A DNA stretch of 64,000 bases from Nitrospirota bacterium. Its GTDB lineage: Bacteria; Nitrospirota; JACRHJ01. This document shows, piece after piece, positions 62,794 through 64,000 of this stretch (positions are counted from its first letter, which is position 1; the number at the start of each line of letters is the position of its first letter). Both the position numbers and the translations under genes were made by a program. The notes under the pieces are model-generated. The model had not been told where the DNA came from, made no database searches, and saw nothing but the letters and a program-made list of their open reading frames with translations. The stretch covers positions 413,917-477,916 of the forward strand of contig JAJYHX010000001.1 in assembly GCA_021784575.1 (NCBI GenBank), written 5' to 3'.

Positions 62794-64000
62794 ATGGTCA
62801 AGGGTCTTAAAATCATCGGCGTGGAGGCGGGCGGCACGGCTCTTGATGTCGGAATAGGGGAGGGGGACAGGATAATCTCCATAAACTCCGCGCCCGTGCC
62901 CGACTACCTCGCGTACCGCTATCTTATCGCCTCGGAGGAAGTCGTCCTGCTGGTCGGGAAGAAGTCCGGCGGTGAAGTCGAGATAGAGATTGAAAAAGAC
63001 GAGGACGACGACCTGGGGATTATCCCCGCCCCGATGAAGGTGCGCTCCTGCAACAACCGGTGCGTGTTCTGTTTCGTGGAGCAGATGCCGAAGGGCCTGA
63101 GGCGGACCCTTTATGTTAAGGACGAGGATTATCTCCACAGCTTCCTGTACGGCAACTACATCACGCTTACGACGCTGAAGGACGTGGATTACGAGCGTAT
63201 AATCCGCGAGCGCCTCTCGCCGCTTTACGTCTCCGTCCACGCCACGGACGACGGCCTCCGCCGCTTCCTGCTCGGGAACTGCAAGGCCCCATCCATTCTC
63301 GACGGCATAAAGAAACTGACGGAAGGCGGCATAGTCCTTCATACGCAGGCGGTTGTCGCTCCGGGGATAAACGACGGCGCGGCGCTTGTCAGGACGGTGG
63401 AGGATATGGCGGTTTTTTATCCCGGCGTGCAGTCTATTGCGGTAGTTCCCGTGGGGCTTACAAGGCACAGGGAAAGGCTCTATCCGCTCCGGACGTTCAC
63501 GAAAAGGGAGGCCGCGCGCCTCCTCGACGGGTTGGAGCCGCTCAGGAAGAAGTGCAGAAGGAAATTCGGCGTAAGTTTCGTATATCCGTCGGACGAATTT
63601 TATCTGAAGGCCGGGCGGGATTTCCCGAAGGCCGGGGAATACGACGGCTACCCTCAGTTCGACAACGGTGTCGGGCTGACGCGGGATTTTCTGGACGAGT
63701 TTAAGCAGATTGGGAAAAGAGGCGCCTCCATTGCCTGTAATTCCGAGCGACAGCGAAGAATCCACCGTTACCCCCCTCTCAAGATAAGAGGGGGGACAGG
63801 GGGGCGTTATGGAGTCAGGAAGATAATCCTCATAACCGGCAAATCTTTTGCGCCGATTCTGAAAACCATCGCAAAGGAAATCGAGACGATGAACGGCCTG
63901 AAACTTTCCGTCCTGCCGGTAAAGAACAATTTATTCGGCGGGAAGGTGACGGTCGCCGGGCTTCTGTCCGGCGGGGACATAATAGCGGCCCTGAAGGGCA
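62794..64000 (+). CDS. DUF512-family protein (PDZ-like N-terminus plus radical-SAM-like Cys cluster), partial at window end, carrying an in-frame MITE-C insertion
   Basis: MVKGLKIIGVEAGGTALDVGIGEGDRIISINS...CNNRCVFCFVEQMPKG...; reading frame stays open to the window end; not in the ORF track because no stop is reached. Confidence 0.6.
   Translation, partial: MVKGLKIIGVEAGGTALDVGIGEGDRIISINSAPVPDYLAYRYLIASEEVVLLVGKKSGGEVEIEIEKDEDDDLGIIPAPMKVRSCNNRCVFCFVEQMPKGLRRTLYVKDEDYLHSFLYGNYITLTTLKDVDYERIIRERLSPLYVSVHATDDGLRRFLLGNCKAPSILDGIKKLTEGGIVLHTQAVVAPGINDGAALVRTVEDMAVFYPGVQSIAVVPVGLTRHRERLYPLRTFTKREAARLLDGLEPLRKKCRRKFGVSFVYPSDEFYLKAGRDFPKAGEYDGYPQFDNGVGLTRDFLDEFKQIGKRGASIACNSERQRRIHRYPPLKIRGGTGGRYGVRKIILITGKSFAPILKTIAKEIETMNGLKLSVLPVKNNLFGGKVTVAGLLSGGDIIAALKG
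63771..63812 (+). repeat. MITE-like repeat family C copy lying inside the DUF512 coding sequence, in frame
   Basis: cccccctctcaagataagaggggggacaggggggcgttatgg, encoding ...YPPLKIRGGTGGRYG...; near-identical to the intergenic copy at 23467..23510. Confidence 0.6.

Noticed and set aside
62455-63765. 436-aa minus-strand ORF
   Set aside because: It is antisense to the DUF512 gene (62794 to window end), which carries the recognisable CNNRCVFCF motif. The minus ORF has an Arg/Leu-rich low-complexity product.
1-64000. tRNA or rRNA genes
   Set aside because: Scanning intergenic regions for T-loop-like GGTTCRANYCC motifs and rRNA-like conserved stretches found nothing convincing. This is by eye only and is not an exhaustive covariance search.

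Overview
This is a high-GC (roughly 60-65%) bacterial chromosomal window. The gene content resembles anaerobic Deltaproteobacteria-like or Nitrospirota-like groundwater organisms. The left half, about 0-35 kb, is core metabolism and translation. It carries a partial efflux adaptor and a TolC/CzcC-type outer membrane efflux protein. A 1399-aa activase/dehydratase fusion follows, with two BadF/BcrA-type ATPase domains fused to a 2-hydroxyglutaryl-CoA-dehydratase-like domain. Next come a pncA-pncB NAD salvage pair, an iscS-iscU pair and an MTH1187/YkoF-like gene. An arginine operon runs argD-argF-(secreted hypothetical)-argG-argH and ends in an MOFRL glycerate kinase. A lysine-rich histone-like secreted repeat protein and an ECF sigma / zf-HC2 anti-sigma / DUF3106-like module follow. 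The conserved ffh-rpsP-KH-rimM-trmD-(SPOUT)-rplS-rnhB block comes next. Then come a NUDIX hydrolase, an APH-like kinase, a HAD hydrolase, a rhodanese, a redoxin-TPR protein and a DUF2723 membrane protein. The main discovery candidate is a co-directional secreted-protein cluster of about 20 kb on the + strand at 35.9-56.6 kb. It contains three paralogous NHL-repeat beta-propeller proteins. Each sits immediately upstream of a large multiheme c-type cytochrome with paired CXXCH motifs (14, 14, about 15 and 10 haems). Alongside these are a parvulin-type PPIase, a highly repetitive surface-like protein of about 811 aa, a putative outer-membrane beta-barrel and an LpoB/CsgG-like lipoprotein. The cluster ends at a strong bidirectional terminator. 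This looks like an extracellular or periplasmic electron-transfer (porin-cytochrome-like) system with an undescribed recurring NHL-cytochrome pairing. Downstream lies an AT-rich island at about 56.7-59.6 kb. It holds a small DUF5679 zinc-ribbon gene and an IS1595-family transposase. The transposase is translationally coupled (ATGA overlap) to an unknown 251-aa protein, which is followed 1 nt later by a PIN-domain (VapC-like) protein. The window ends with a GbsR-like regulator, yhaM, pgsA, an AI-2E transporter and a partial DUF512 gene. Three families of small palindromic MITE-like repeats are scattered through intergenic regions. One copy lies in-frame inside the DUF512 CDS and another supplies the 3' end of pncB. 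No rRNA, tRNA or CRISPR array was recognised.
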